Positions 1 to 13,824 of a DNA stretch of 64,000 bases are shown here, one piece after another (the first letter of the stretch is position 1; each line of letters starts with the position of its first letter). The translations under genes and the position numbers were made by a program. Source of the DNA: Felis catus (Eukaryota); assembly GCF_018350175.1 (NCBI RefSeq), contig NC_058373.1, positions 111,912,001 to 111,976,000 on the forward strand, written 5' to 3'. The notes beneath the pieces are model-generated. The model was not told the DNA's origin, searched no databases, and was given only the letters and a program-made list of their open reading frames with translations.

Positions 1-3000
1 ATGACTCTATATCTAAAAATTCTTTCAGAGCAAATTTATTTGTGGTTTGGACAATTTGAGAGTTTCAGGCCAAGGAGACACTAATGTCTTTAGCTGAGAT
101 TTGGAATGAACTGGAAGTCCAGTGAAACACAGATACAGTCTTCATGAAGGGGTCTACATGAATCCTGCTGTCTCAGCTTCAGGACCTCCTACACTGGAAC
201 CTACCTTGACTATCCTTTTGGTTTCCCATTCTCTGCTATGGTTTGGCTTGTCTTCCCTCTGGCTCAGGCTACACTTGTCTGAACTTCCCTCTGGCCTTCC
301 CAGTTCAGGTCATTCAGACTCCATGAAACTTGGAGATAGTTTAGGAACTGCTTTACTGCTGTCCTTCTCAGTGAACATAAAGCCAAGCCATCTGCTGCAA
401 ATAAAGGAATGGAAACTACAAATAGGGACAGGGTAGAGAAATTGAGGCAACTGATAAAGGATTAAATTAGTCATTAGAAAGTTTCAGGTGCTAAGGGGTT
501 GGCATCGCTCATGCATAAGGATGGCCCTACAATGGGCGTTCATAGGTACCACTAAACAGCAGACCTTGAGGAAGGGGTGGTTGGATTGGATTTTTCAAGC
601 TGGGATTGTCAAGGTGCTGATTATCAGTGGAAAGATGACAGCTCACTGGGCAGAGGAGAGGATTGGGAAGAGTGTTTGTTAAGTAACTAACAATGAAAAA
701 CATAATGGTCCAAAAGGAGGGATTGTCAGAAAGCACCAGTGGACTAGAAGGCCCAGCAGAGTCAGAGAACTAGAAGTCTTGAGGGATGGAAAAATGTGTC
801 TGGTGAGACTGGTAACATGTGAGAGAAATAGGAAGACAGCCAGGAGTGAAAATTCCAAATTTCAGGCAGCACAAAGGGAGAGGGAGGAGGTGGCTTGCTT
901 TAGGGTGTGGCCATGGCAATTGGTGGACAAGGGGAGGGAGGGGTCTGGACTGGGCTGATCAGTGGCCAGGCCTTGTGGACCTTGAGGTCAATTAGCCTAA
1001 TGGCAGGAACAGATCTTTCCAGAGAACATGGAGCTGGTAAATAGCAGTGACTAGAGCCCAGGCCTCTAGGCTCCCTTCTTTTGTGTTCCCTGCATTAGTA
1101 AGCACTGCCCACCCTTCCTGCTAACATTGGCACCAGCTCACAGTGGAGAAAGCTGTAGGAAGCCCCACTTAGGTCTCAAATTCCAGGTGTCAGGATGGCA
1201 GCCCCTTCCCTGTTCAGGAAGACCCTGGGGTGCATCTCTCTCTATGAGGTTGAGAATCCTGACTCCTGATCCACCTTCTCATTCCAGATTAAGTCCTTAA
1301 AAGTACCTACCTAGAGGTTAGCCTGGAAAAAATGATGAAATGGACATTTTCTTTTTTTTTTAGATGAGGTTCTTTGTTCTTTTCTCCTGGTTAGATCTTG
1401 TCTCCTCCATGACCCTGTGTCTGAGCTAGAGATGTCACAAGTGCCAGTCCTCAAGCAACACGGAATCAGAATCTCAGCATTCTGCTTAGTTCCAAGTTAA
1501 CATTCCTGGCATCCAATCAAAGTGCTCATTTTCTGGTGCATGTTCAAAAGTCAATACCACCATCAAAAACAGAATTCAAAAAATTGGGACAATGTTTTGT
1601 TTTGTTTTAAAGGAATTTTCCTCTTAAAAATGAAAATTTAGCTACCAAGAAATGGCTACCAGCCAGGAGAAAGGGACACTATGATCCTCTGTAAGTCACA
1701 CTACCTCCCTGGGCTTTCTCATCTTGAAATATCTGAGGTCTCTTCCAGCTTTAAACATATGAATAGACTTAAATTGTTAAATAGCTTTCATGGACCCCAA
1801 AAGAAAAAGTCTGGTTTAGTTGCCGTTGTCATTTTTTTTTTAAGAGACGCTGAGAGAAATCCTGCACCAGTGTTGTTCCTATTCACCTCATCATTTCCTT
1901 TTCTTTCATTGCATCTCACATCTCGGCAGAGAGTTTATCTTTACTCTATTTCCCAAATCTCCCGTATTATTCTCATGGTGTCTGTTTGACTCTATTCACT
2001 GTATTGAAGTTTGGAATACTGTTTTCTTGAAAGATAACACCCAAAGCCAAATTCTCATAAAAGAGTGTCGCTTCGGTTTGAAGAACAGAAATGAGTTAGC
2101 AGTAAAGATAAGGCCCTCCCTTCATGTTAAGACCAAAGAATTCTGAAATCTTTAAGAAGCCCAATTATTAACTGCATACTTCACTGACGATGCCAAAATA
2201 GATACATTATACTTTACAGTAAAGAAATATCACCTTTAGCAAAAGGCAGGGACAAAAAGTCCATTTAATCATCACTTATACAAGAACTTGGAGTCCCAGC
2301 ATGACTTATCCCTTATCGCTTCAAACATTACGTCATTTATTCCCAGCTCTGTTTAACTCCCTTGTGTTGGATGTCTTCCTTTACTGAAATTGATCTTTGT
2401 TAATACCAGGCATAATGTGTTCTTCATTTCTTAAAGGAAACCGATGGACTCTTGCCATGACAGGGGATAACTGGAAATCTATATACTCCGGACACCGATT
2501 CCCCATCAATACACTGAAATGTCTTTTCTTTAAAAATAACAGCCCTGCATGAATGTGATCACTTTCCCAAATTAGTGTAATTGATGCACCCTGAGACCTT
2601 AATGATTCAGAAAGTGCATACTCGAGGGATATTTAAATAGCTATTTTGTAGGGAGATAAAATATGGGCCAATTCACCGAACACGCATTCCTTCAGTTTAG
2701 GAAACACTCAGAGCTCGGCTGAGGGCTGGCCAATGTGTCAGGAGGGTTGCTGTTAAATGATAAAGAGGGCAAATGATTTTGTACTTGCATTATCTCATCC
2801 TTTTCTAGGCCTTCAGTGAAGGATGTGCAAGACTGTGCATTTGAGGACGTGACAATTATTATAGCAGGGATTATTAAAGCAAGTATTACCAAAATGGAGA
2901 TAAGACTCAGTTTTCTAGTCTGCAAATTTGGGATGATAATAATTTTTACTTCCTGGGGGTTGTTTGCTGATTTGAATCTAAATGAAGTGCCAAAGCATTA

Positions 3001-4074
3001 TTGGGTCTGTAAAATAGCTTGGAGATTCCTTGGAACTTTTTCCTATGGCACCCTTTCTCTCTCCAGTGCAGTAGTGCTGTCTCCATGGAGGCTGTTCTGG
3101 AAATGCTGAATACATGAATACATGAATGAGTAAGCTCCTCCACCAACATCTTACAGGCATGCTCCAGCTGTAAGCCAGGGGGAATTGGCTGTGCTACTTC
3201 CAGCTAAAAGGTAGCAAGTATACCTCACTCATCATTTCTAAGCCCTTGGCAGACATAAATAATCAATCACAGCATTCTTCCCAAATGTGGCCTTCAAGCC
3301 ATTTCTCAAGACAGCGTTCCAGGCAGCCATTACTGATTGTTCAGAGCTGACATCAGAGAGAAAAATCCATCTGAAATCTCTGAGGCTATCCAGATCATTG
3401 TCAGGGCAGAAAAGCTCACCCTGAACTGATGTTTGAGCCATTGATTGATCACAGCTTCCATCCTGGATTGTCAGGACTGCTCTCAATACTACCTCGTTGC
3501 CCTGTGGGTGGGGAAGGTAGGAAACTTAAGTCTGTCCAAGGGAAGAGGAGCTTGCTTTCAGCCGAAGGGCCTTGCAGAAGGACTTATCTGATTTGCCTTC
3601 ACCTGGTGGTCCTGGACCCCACCTAGCCCACTTTCCTTCTCAAGTGAAGCAGCCCACTGTCAACTACCTGCAGTCTCTGGGCTTTATGCTCTTGGTCCAG
3701 AAATCCCCCAGGAGTTAACCAGTTTAATAACGAGCCCCACTCTTGCACTTCACTTGTGTGCCATCACCCTTCTTGGTATGTGTTGCTTCTGACCTTATTT
3801 GGCCGTGACCCTTGCCCAAGACATCGCTCCTCGCTGCTCAAATTCTCACCTGAATCCCTAACCTCCTGATGCCTTCTTGTCTACTCCCAGTTATCTGGAT
3901 ACTTGTCTGCAGTTCTGGTGACTCCTGGCAAACATCAGGCACATTATGCTGGATGCATATTCAAGGATGTCAGCCTCTACTAAAGAAAGATCCAACACTT
4001 TCTCCCTGCTTTTCTTGGTGCCAGCTTCCTTAAATCCGTTACCTAATTTAATTTTCAAAACACAGGCAGGAGGT

Positions 4075-4192
4075 TAATATAGCATCATTATAACCTATTT
4101 GGGACTAGAAATTCAGAGACAGTAAATAATGTGCCTGAGGTCACAGAGCTGGGATTCAAGATCTGACCCCAGCATCTGGACACTGCCTCCTG
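4075..4192 (-). mobile_element. MIR fragment
   Basis: GAAATTCAGAGACAGTAAATAATGTGCCTGAGGTCACAGAGCTGGGATTCAAGATCTGAC resembles the reverse-strand MIR core. Confidence 0.65.
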
Positions 4193-5469
4193 AATTAATG
4201 CATGCATGGTGGCTTTTTGGAGGGGTTCACAGTACAGGAATGTTATCTCTTTCCTCTCTTCTCTTCCCACCATCTCTAACCTCAGCTCTTCTCATCAGCA
4301 CAACTTAGGCTCACGTGACTCATGTGAGGAGAGGGAGAAATAACAGCCTTCCCTGGTACAAGAAGCCCAATACAGTGATTTGTGGCATGGGGCCTGATAA
4401 TTAACTAAATAGGATCCTTTACAATGAAACAATCTCACTAGTTTTTATTGCCACATTAAAATGTGAATCTTAAGCAAAACAAGAATATAAATCTTATTGG
4501 AGGATGCTGAAGTTTAAAACAATATATACTCAACTCAGTTCTCAATAGAGAGCAGTCTTTATTGAAGGCCATAAACATTTCTGCATGCCAGAGGGGAAAT
4601 ATGACCATAAAACTGGCTTCTATTTAGTGATTTGGTAAATGAAATCAATGGTTGTCTGAGTCCCAGCAGGATTCTTGGGGGCAGTCATTAAGGCCCCCAC
4701 ATACAAGAGCAACATTCTGTAGATCAATGTCACCCAAGGGCAATGTTACTCCCTGGGGGTGCTTGGATATATTCCTTTTGGGGGACTATTTTGGGCACTG
4801 TAGGACATTTATATCTCTGGGAATAGACCACTTCCCATTCCCAAAACTACTTCAGTGCATTTCCTAAAGAACCCCATTGGGGTTCTCCTCTCCCTCCTGT
4901 GTGAGCAAACCAGGACAGAGGTGAGCGAACCAAGGGTAAGTCTTCACTGTGTTCTCTCTGCACAGAGGAGGGTGCCATCTGCTTCTGACTTACTCCAAGA
5001 CATACGATTTGTTCAGAACAAGAGAATAAGAGAAAGCCATCAGGGAAGGAAGACAAGAAAGGAGGTTAAGGTTTCCAAGAGATACTTATTTATAAAAGGT
5101 GAAATCTTGACTCTTACGCAAGTATAAAATGAACATGTCACTATAATGAGGGAACTAATAAGATATTACGACTAGTTCAGAGGAGGATTCAAAAAAAACC
5201 CACACATACATAGACCACCAAGAATGCTGAAAATAAATATAGTTGCCAAACTGGTCAATATCTACAGGGGAACAATCACCAGCCTCCCTGCTGGACACAG
5301 TTTGCTTTTCTACAGGCAGGAATCACTTGAACTGTTATCAGTATTCCACATCCTGACAGTATTGCCAAATAGTTTATAGACAATGAAAGATGAACCAGAG
5401 GGACGCCAAAGCTAGGACACCCAAGCAATCATTTTTGCCTGTTTCCAAAGTTTTTCATAGCTGATGTCA

Positions 5470-5870
5470 CTATGGCCACCTCTCTCCTGCAATTCTCTCC
5501 AATCTCTCTTCCTTCTCTACACTCCAGCTATACTATCCTTTTTCACTCCATCAAAAAGGCCAAATCATCTCTATTTTGGAGACTTTGTGCTTCTGTTTCT
5601 TCCCCCTGAAAATCCATTCCTCCAGATTTTTGTGTGGTTGCTTCCCTCGCATCATTCTGTTTCAAGTCAAATATCATGTCTCTGACAGACCTTTCCCACC
5701 TGTGGCTCCCTTTACAGTATCCCACATCACCCCTTCTTATTTATTTTGTTCTTGTGCCTATGAGCTGGGTCCTCCCTATAGACTATAATCTTGGAGGGCA
5801 GAGACGGTCAGACCTGTGCACTGCCCTCCCCAGTACCTGGGTTGAGGGTGCTTCAGAAATATTTGCAGAT
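5470..5870 (+). mobile_element. L2 LINE 3' fragment
   Basis: Degenerate L2 3' motifs (CTACACTCCAGCTATACT, CTTCCCTCGCATCATTCTGTTTCAAGTCAAATATCA, TAGACTATAATCTTGGAGGGCAGAGAC); boundaries approximate. Confidence 0.6.
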
Positions 5871-6584
5871 CACCTGGTTGCTTGGGCAGCCAAACTGAGG
5901 CAAGCTGCTGTTCTCTCCTGTGGCTGAGAGTGGTACAGGTGTGACTCTTGGATCTGGCCTCTTAACTGGGACAGGAAGATGCCCTTGATGGAGCTACTAT
6001 GAATTGTAATTGCTGAGGCCCAAAAAAGGATGGGCATTTCAGGAAATGACAGCTTGTGCAGGTACCTCCGTGGCCAACTCCTGATGCCTCAAAACTCTAC
6101 TAGTCCCCTAGGCATAGAGGCCATGCCAGGGAAAGTGGGTTAAGGAAGTAACCCTGAAGTGACTGAGTTTATCCTGAGTTGGTGAAATTGTGTTTTCTGC
6201 TACTAGGTGGAATGGGACTCGAGACACAGAAATTTAAAACTTATGTTTTGGACACCTGAGATTTGTGGCCTGAAATTATTTTCCCTGCTACAGAGACAAG
6301 TCTCTAGGCTAACCATCAAAAATAGGTCACGAATGTTGCATATCAATGTGTATAAAAGCCCTCCCCACTCCTCCCCCCCACCCCCCGGATCAGAGGTTGA
6401 GAAGGTTGAACCTTTTGCCTTCATTAACCTACTGAGCTGTTCTCTACCATCTTGAACTGACTATTCTGTGTCTTTCCGTGTTAACTGGCTCTGTCAGTAT
6501 AGTGAGGGCCAAGACGGGACGGAGGTGGAAGAAGGGGAGAAAAGAGGGCATCTCTAATATTACTGTCACAGGAACTCTGAGGAC

Positions 6585-7068
6585 ATCTATTCACACTTTC
6601 CACACATGTTAATTGGATGCCTGCATGTGTCGGGACCTATTCTAGGAGCTTGGGACACAGTGGAGAATAAAATAGGTAATCAGTTCTGCCCTTGAGAATC
6701 TTGTATTCTAATAGGGGACAAGAATAATAAGGGATAAATAAATAATAAATAAGTAAATTCCATGGCAGGTTCAAAGGAGATGAGCACTTAGAAAAAGAAA
6801 AAAAAAGATTAGGACAAAGAGGATCAGGAGTGGGTGGTGAAGGGCAGTGTGGTATTAAACAGCGTGGTCTAGAGAGACCTCACTTGAGCAAATTTGAAGG
6901 ATGTGAGGAAGGTCCCAGAGCATCAGCTTGAGGGAGCCGCTAGAGAAAAGACCTTGGGGAGATGGGTCATGGTCTGTTTAAGGACAAGGACAGGTGTGCC
7001 TGGAGCTGGGGAGGCTAGGAAGACATGTAGGAGGGCACTCAGGGAGTTGACAGGGGCTAGATTCCATA
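6585..7068 (-). mobile_element. L2 LINE 3' fragment
   Basis: TAATTGGATGCCTGCATGTGTCGGGACCTATTCTAGGAGCTTGGGACACAGTGGAGAATAAA and CTGCCCTTGAGAATCTTGTATTCTAATAGGG are typical reverse-strand L2 3' sequence. Confidence 0.65.
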
Positions 7069-7083
7069 GAATTTTACAGGCTT

Positions 7084-7311
7084 ATTTTTTTTTAATTTTT
7101 AAAAACACTTTACTTATTTTTGAGAGAGAGAAAGAGAAACAGAGTGCAAGTGAGGGTGGGGCAAAGAGAGAGCGAGACATAGAATCCCAAGCAGGCTCCA
7201 GGCTCCGAGCTGTCAGCACAGAGCCCAACTCGAGGCTTGAACTCACCAACTGCAAGATCATGACCTGAACTGAAGTTGGGGGTTTAACCAACTGAACCAC
7301 CCGGGGACCCT
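7084..7311 (-). mobile_element. Can-SINE (SINEC_Fc type)
   Basis: T-rich tail, (GA)n region, CAGGCTCCAGGCTCCGAGCTGTCAGCACAGAGCCC body and tRNA-derived head; 15-bp TSD GAATTTTACAGGCTT at 7069-7083 and 7312-7326. Confidence 0.95.
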
Positions 7312-7346
7312 GAATTTTACAGGCTTTTACTCTGAAAAATGGAGGA

Positions 7347-7618
7347 TGTATTCATTTCCTGTGGCCACTATAACAAATTACCACAAATTTGGTGGGTTAA
7401 AACAATAGAAAAACATTTTCTCACAGTTCCAGGAGTCAGAAGTCCAAAATCAGTGTCCCTGGGTTGAAGTCAGAATATCAGCATGGCTGTGCGCCACAAC
7501 GGCTTTAGGGAAGAATCTGTTTTTGCCTCTTCCAGCTTCGGTGCCTCCATGATCACATTGAATCCTCCTGTTTATTGGTCAAGTCTCCCTCTGCCTCCCT
7601 TTTATAAGCACACATGTG
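7347..7618 (-). mobile_element. MLT1 (B/C-like) MaLR LTR, partial
   Basis: TGTATTCATTTCCTGTGGCCACTATAACAAATTACCACAAATTTGGTGGGTTAAAACAATAGAAA...CTCACAGTTCCAGGAG is the reverse MLT1 LTR end. Confidence 0.8.
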
Positions 7619-9003
7619 GGCTGCTCCAGTCTCAGAAGTTCTGGGGGGAGGGGAGAGTGGCAATAAAGGAGCAAAGCCTAAGAAGACATGACAGCAGATG
7701 CTAGGGCCTTTGGGGGCCAGAGACAGGGATGGCTGCTCAGCCCCAGATGCCCTCTGACCCAGCACTGGGGGCTTCCTTCTAAAATACCTGAAAAAGAAAA
7801 TTACCTGACAGAAAGGACCATAAACTGAAAGGGCCAAGCAAACATCCGAAAGTTCAAAAAGGCTGTGACCATTTAGGGGCCAGGACAAATATTCAGAGTC
7901 ATAGTCTCCCTGGTGGAGGGTGGAGGGCAGCCAGAGCAGAGACATAGAACAGAGATCATGGCAGTGAGTTATGTGACTCACCTGGGGTGAGGCTGTCCCC
8001 AGCTGTTGTCACTAGCCTTCTGACCAGGAGGGAATGAGCCCAGCCCCAGATTCCATCTTGCAACTTGTTCTTCAGAAAACGGATATTCTGCCAAGTAGCC
8101 TAGCCTCATGCAATTTGGCCAGACCTATTTTGGAGGTTGTCTGACCCTTCCCAGCACGGAGAGGAAATGGGAGAGACTAAAGAATGTGCGTTAAGCGCCT
8201 CCAGCTGCTGACATGCTGCTGACAGTGGCAGATAAGAGTTGAGTGGCATACGTGAATGCAAGCTCCAATAGTCCTTGACTTGACTGCATTCAGATGGCTG
8301 GTGTGCAGTGTACTTGAAATTATTTATGCAGACCCATCAGCTCTGTTTGGGAAGGCTGATTAATGTTTGCAGGAGTTAGGGAAGAGGCAAATCAAATATT
8401 ATCATGGCTCACACTGGCCCAGCCCACACACCGTCACCCCTGACCCCAGACACATGGTCCTTGAATGGACTTCCTCTTCCTTTTTGTCATTGTGAAAGAG
8501 ACTTGTGTCTTAGGGATCCAGGCAACTCTCTGACTATCCAAAGAGCAGGTTTGTATGCTATTAACTCCTGTACTTCCCAAGCAAGGAGAATATATCATTT
8601 TTATAAGCACCCAAAATGGAGGTTAGAGCAAAGAACTGTAGCACATTGATATAGTAGGCCCTACGGAGTAGGGAGAGCACTCTATTCATGAGATGGGCAG
8701 TTGGGTCACTACTCATATTATATTGGGTGGGAGATATCATGTCTCTGAGCTTCCATGTTCTCATTAGTAAATGGAGAGAATCAGATTAGAATAGAAACAA
8801 TTCTTTCTTTTTTCTTCTTTTGTCTTGCTTCCTTCCTGTCTTCTCTCTCTCTCTCTCTCTCTCTCATTTTCTTTTAAAGTATGGAACAATTTTCTCAATG
8901 ATGAAAATAATTGCACTGGCATTACTTCTGTTTGGTTCTTGTTCCTAGCTTTTTAGGGTCAAATCATCATTCACAGAATAATTTATGGACAATCTGGTAT
9001 ATC

Positions 9004-9197
9004 TAAGGGTCAGTAAATTTCTCCTTTAAAGAGCCAGATAGTAAATATTTTAGGCTTTGTGGGCCATTCAGTCAAGCGAAAAAGCAGCAACTGACAAAGG
9101 TAAACCAATGGGAGTGACTGTCTTCCAATAAAACTTTATTTCAAAAAATAGGTGACAGGCTAGATTTGGCTTATGGGCTATCTTTTGCCCACCCCTG
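9004..9197. mobile_element. MER58A hAT-Charlie MITE
   Basis: GAGCCAGATAGTAAATATTTTAGGCTTTGTGGGCCA...CCAATAAAACTTTATT...GATTTGGC...TTTGCCCACCCCTG, with degenerate TIRs. Confidence 0.85.
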
Positions 9198-9838
9198 GGA
9201 TAGTTATCCCAGCAATCTCCTTCACTCGAACCCTATCAAAGAACTCCAGAGTTAACCTCAGTGAGGGAGGAGTGGAGACAAAAGAACTAGATAACCTCAT
9301 TTTCCTGACCATAAACCAATAGCATTTCTCTTACACCCCAGCCTAGTAATAGGATATATATAGGCTCTATAAGGAATATTTTGTATTTAGAAGTAAATTG
9401 CTCTGTATTTATAAAGGGAAAAGAGGTGAGAGACAAAAACCTAAACTGTTGTTGACTTACCTGATGAGCAAATCGACAATCATTCCCCTCTGCCCCACAG
9501 GGCCAATGTCAAGTCCAGGCTAGATACTGGAATTTATGGGGTCCTGCCATCTTCTTCTACCACAGCCCATAGAATGTCCCACTCTGTTTTCATAGTACTG
9601 GTTACATCAATAGCTTCCCAAAAAACCCAGTGTCAGGTTGTTAATTATATAATTAATCTGCCCACGTGAGGATGGAGATTCTAATAAGACTCTCAGGTCT
9701 CCACTGTTTTATAGTAATAGGGAACACCTCCTAGGCTAATGGTCCATCCATTTTTTCTGAGTACCATTTCTCCCCACCTCCAGGAATCACATCCTATAGG
9801 ATATGTGCCTAAAGAAGGCCCAAAGCCCCAATTTCCTG

Positions 9839-10198
9839 CCTCAGGACCTTTGTACATGCTGTACCTGGGCCTAGATGTCTCTTCCCCCAGTTCTTACTCT
9901 GACTAATTCCTATTTAAGTTTCAGGCCTCAATTTACATATCATTTCTAAGAATTACCTTCCCTGGCCCTCCAATGTAAACCATTCCCCTTTATTATTCTC
10001 TCTTAGTATCCTAATCTCCTCCCACATTTATCGTAGGTGTTATTACATATTTAATTTTTGTCTTCTGGTTTAAGTCTGTCTTCTCCAAAAGAACTTGGGA
10101 GAATATGAGGACCATATCTCTTTTGTACAACACTGCATCCCCAACGTCTCACACCATGCAGTGAGCTGGCACTTACTTAACACTTGCTGAATGAATGA
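9839..10198 (+). mobile_element. L2 3' end (copy A of local duplication)
   Basis: CCTCAGGACCTTTGTACATGCTGT at the start; ends in the L2-type tail TGCTGAATGAATGA. Confidence 0.75.
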
Positions 10199-10295
10199 CC
10201 CATCATTTTCCATTTTTGCAAAAGAAAAGAGAGACATCGTTCCAGTGGGCTGGAGTCTAAGCACTCTCTCCACTCTGCAATTTGGATTGAGGTTC

Positions 10296-10644
10296 TGTTA
10301 TGGACTGCATGTTTATGTTGCTATAAAATTCTTATGTCAAAATCCTAACCACCAATGTGATGGTATTAGTAGGTGGGCCTTTGGGAGGTGATTAGGTCAT
10401 GAGGGTGGAGCCTCATGTATGGGACTAGTGCCCTTATACAGGAGGCCCGAGAGGACACCCTTGTCCTTTCCACTCTAGGAGGACACAGTCAGCAGTCTGA
10501 ACAAGGAAGAGGGTCCTCACCATAACCTAACTGAGCTGGCGCTCTGACCTTGGACCTCCAGCCTCTGTAACTGTAGGAAATAAATTTCTGTGGTTTATAA
10601 TCCAGATAGTTTATGGTGTTTTGTTATAGCAGTTGACTAAGACA
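10296..10644 (+). mobile_element. MLT1A0-like solo LTR
   Basis: TG...CA ends (TGTTATGGACTG...CTAAGACA), internal GGTGATTAGGTCATGAGGGTGGAGCC, AATAAA; 5-bp TSD GGTTC at 10291-10295 and 10645-10649. Confidence 0.92.
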
Positions 10645-12599
10645 GGTTCTTACTCATCACATGCAGGACTGCTCACGGGAAGATGTAAGTGATGCACTCT
10701 GGAAACTTGCACTGGCATTAACAGGGGAAAAGAGTAGGAGGAACAGTCAGCAGAGTACAATGTCCTTGTTTCCAGAGTGCTAAAGGAAACTTTGGAACTC
10801 TAAACCAGATGGGCACGTGTTGTGTCTTCTTCCTCTTGTGGGTTTTCTTCTTCCTTGAGGAGAACTACCTACTCCTTGACATTTCCCAAACATATGGTAA
10901 CCCTACTACTGTCCCCACTCCCATACTCCATCCCCAACACACCCAGTTACTTGGTCCACACTTAACCATGATCATGTAAAGTCCCTTTCTTGAGAATCCC
11001 AGTGGAAACTGAGAGGGAGAGATTCAGTCTCTCCCACATGTCAGTTGGGTGACCATGATTTATGTAGATCAGGAAAGCAGAAGGGATTTGTCTGCAGGTA
11101 AAAAAAGAATCAAACAGGTGTGAAGGGAGGAGGAGAGAGAGCACTGTTGGATTCTAGTCCCTGATTCCATTCCTTCCCTGAAGCCCTGCCAATCTGCCCT
11201 CAGGTGATTTGAGAAACTCACCTTTTTGATTAGACAGATTACCTGCTGAAAAATGAATTTTAGGTAAATAGAATGATTTCACACAGTGCATCCTCTTTAA
11301 TCCTCATAGCAGTGCAGCAGGGGAAGAAATTTACATTTTACAGATGCTTTTTGGTTACACAAAAATTAGTCCTGGGCTTGAGTTTTAGTCTAATTTCTAT
11401 CATAACCATATCATCTGAAGCAAATTAACTTCAGGCTGAGCAGCCTCAGTCTTCCTCAAGAAACAATTTGAGGCTTGTGGGAAGGGTCTAGCAAGCGGTT
11501 AAGCATGAATCCTGTGTGTAACTTATGAAATCAATGACCCTAACCTAGAAGATTTTGAACAGGTGGGAGCTATCAATAAGCTTGGCCTCAGTCCGTCTTC
11601 TCGTTCCTAAATGTGTGAATTGGATTATACAGTATCTAAGATACTTCCAGCTCTAACAGCCAACAGATTATTTTCCAGCTTCAGTCACCAAAAGGTTTAC
11701 TCTCCATCACAAAAGAGCTGAAAATGGCCAATAAATTTGGTGGGACATTTGGACAACACAATTATAGACCCACGTGTATCTGCAATAATTCTTTCTGGCT
11801 CTGAAGACCTTTGAAAATTTTCCCTTTTATTATGACTACATGGATCATTACTTGGCAAAGAAATTTCCCCCTAATATTGATCTATGAACATCAAGAATTA
11901 CGTGCCAGGATAAAAGGATATAAAAATAAAATCTATTAACTTATTGAGAATAAAAGTCAAGGCTGAATTTTCACGAAAATTAACCAACAAATGTGACTAG
12001 CAAAACTGGATGAGCTAAGAAAATACGAGCTTAATTGACTTACCCTGAATCAGTGATTTTCAAGTAAATGTTTTCCAGTTGTGGGTCTCCAAGTTTTTCT
12101 TGATTGTTCAATGGGGAAAATTGATCCCCCAACTCTTAGTCTATTGTTGGCTCACTGAGAGCTGCAGCGTTGGTTGACGTCTTCACTGTTCTAGCCAGGC
12201 ACCTCCTAGGCACACTTGCTATAGCATTCCTTGAATGAATGAAATACCAGAAAACCAAGAATCTGTAATCTCACTACATTAGTGGGGAAACACAAAAACA
12301 AACTGCTAGCTTTGGATCTGAGTTCCTAATCTGAAAACTCATTAAAATAGATTCTGAGTATGATGGCCTACCAGTTGGATTGAAAGCACTTTCCCAAATT
12401 GTCACCAAACTTAGAAGTAAGTGATATTCAGAAACTACCTATGATTTTTAAACATGCGATATTGAGAAAATCCAAAGGCATTCAATACATGATTTTTGAA
12501 TGAATAAAATAGCTTTACATATTTATGTGACTATCAAAGTTTTTAAGTGTGTATACATAAGGTGTTTATGTTTCCTTACACATAAAAGAACAAAATGGT

Positions 12600-12653
12600 T
12601 TGGTTTGTTGTTTGTTTTGTTTTTGTTTTTTTGTTTTGTTTTGTTTTGTTTTG
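12600..12653. repeat. (TTTTG)n low-complexity repeat
   Basis: Directly visible. Confidence 0.85.
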
Positions 12654-12875
12654 CATTTTCTGTCTGTTTAAATTCTTTACCTTAGTTTCAATGTCCACAC
12701 TTTGCTCAGCCCTTCCAAAGTATATTCTTCTGTATTTCCTTTGGAGGCTCATCTTCTGACCTTTGGTGACCTCATCATCTGAAACTTGAATGAGAATGGG
12801 GAAAATGGGATTAACTGGGCCACATAAGAAGAGTCCTTTGCCTATCCAAGACATATTATTATTTTCTTCCTCTTG

Positions 12876-12876
<1 letters not shown>

Positions 12877-12915
<39 letters not shown>
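12877..12915. repeat. (CA)n microsatellite
   Basis: About 19 perfect CA units. Confidence 0.97.
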
Positions 12916-12918
<3 letters not shown>

Positions 12919-13824
12919 TATAGATAGATGATATATAGATGAACATAGATACATATTTATATAAATAGAGATAAGTAAGACATAAATGGAAATAGAGGTA
13001 TATTTCAATTTTACCTGCCTTGTAGAGCACAATAAAAATCCTGAATTTACCTCTTTTCCTGCTCCAAGCGGCATGTGATATGGTGGCGTCCTCTCCCTGT
13101 AACAGAGCTGTTCATCTTCATTAGATCCCCGGGTCACTGGCCTTCATTAGCTTGCCCGTGGCCTCTCATTTGATTTGCATTGCAGGCTTCCCATATAGGT
13201 AATGATTCTAATTTAGAAAATCTCCAGAGGTCACAGCAAAGAAGCTGGGCCAGAAAAAAAGATGGACAGAAATGACAGGAAGGTGCTGACTCCCCTCACC
13301 TCTGCCTCACTCTGCACCCTCCAGAGAGAGGAGACAGCTGCAGACTGCTTGGGACTGTGGAGCTTCAGAGCTATCCTGGTTTTTCTTCAGTAAGTGGGTA
13401 CTCTTAGTTAATGCCACAGGGAGCTTGACGAAGGGAACACAGAACCTTAGCCTGAAACCAACAAAGGCTTTAAAAAGGTGCCAGCTCCTCTTGTGCCCTT
13501 TTCTCCTTTCTATATCATACACCTGCCGCAGCAACTCCCCCCTTCCTTCTTGTCTCAGGGCCTTTGCACATGATATTCCTTGAGCCTAGATCTCTCATCC
13601 TTCAGCTTGTCCCTGATAAATTCCTACTCCTCTTTCAGGTCTCAGTTCACATATGGTTTCCTATAAAAATACCTCACTTGGTCCTCTAGTCTAAATTTAG
13701 TTCCCCCTTTTATTCTTTTCTAGTATCCTAGTCTCCTCCCTCATCACATTTATCGTTAAGTGTTTTAGATTTATTCATTGTCTCTTGCTTTGAAATCTAT
13801 CTTCCCCAGAGGAAAGTAGAAGCA

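Noticed and set aside
9455..9520. Perfect minus-strand splice donor CAG|GTAAGT near 9461
   Set aside because: Stops occur in all three frames shortly upstream and there is no convincing acceptor. A non-coding exon cannot be excluded but is unsupported.
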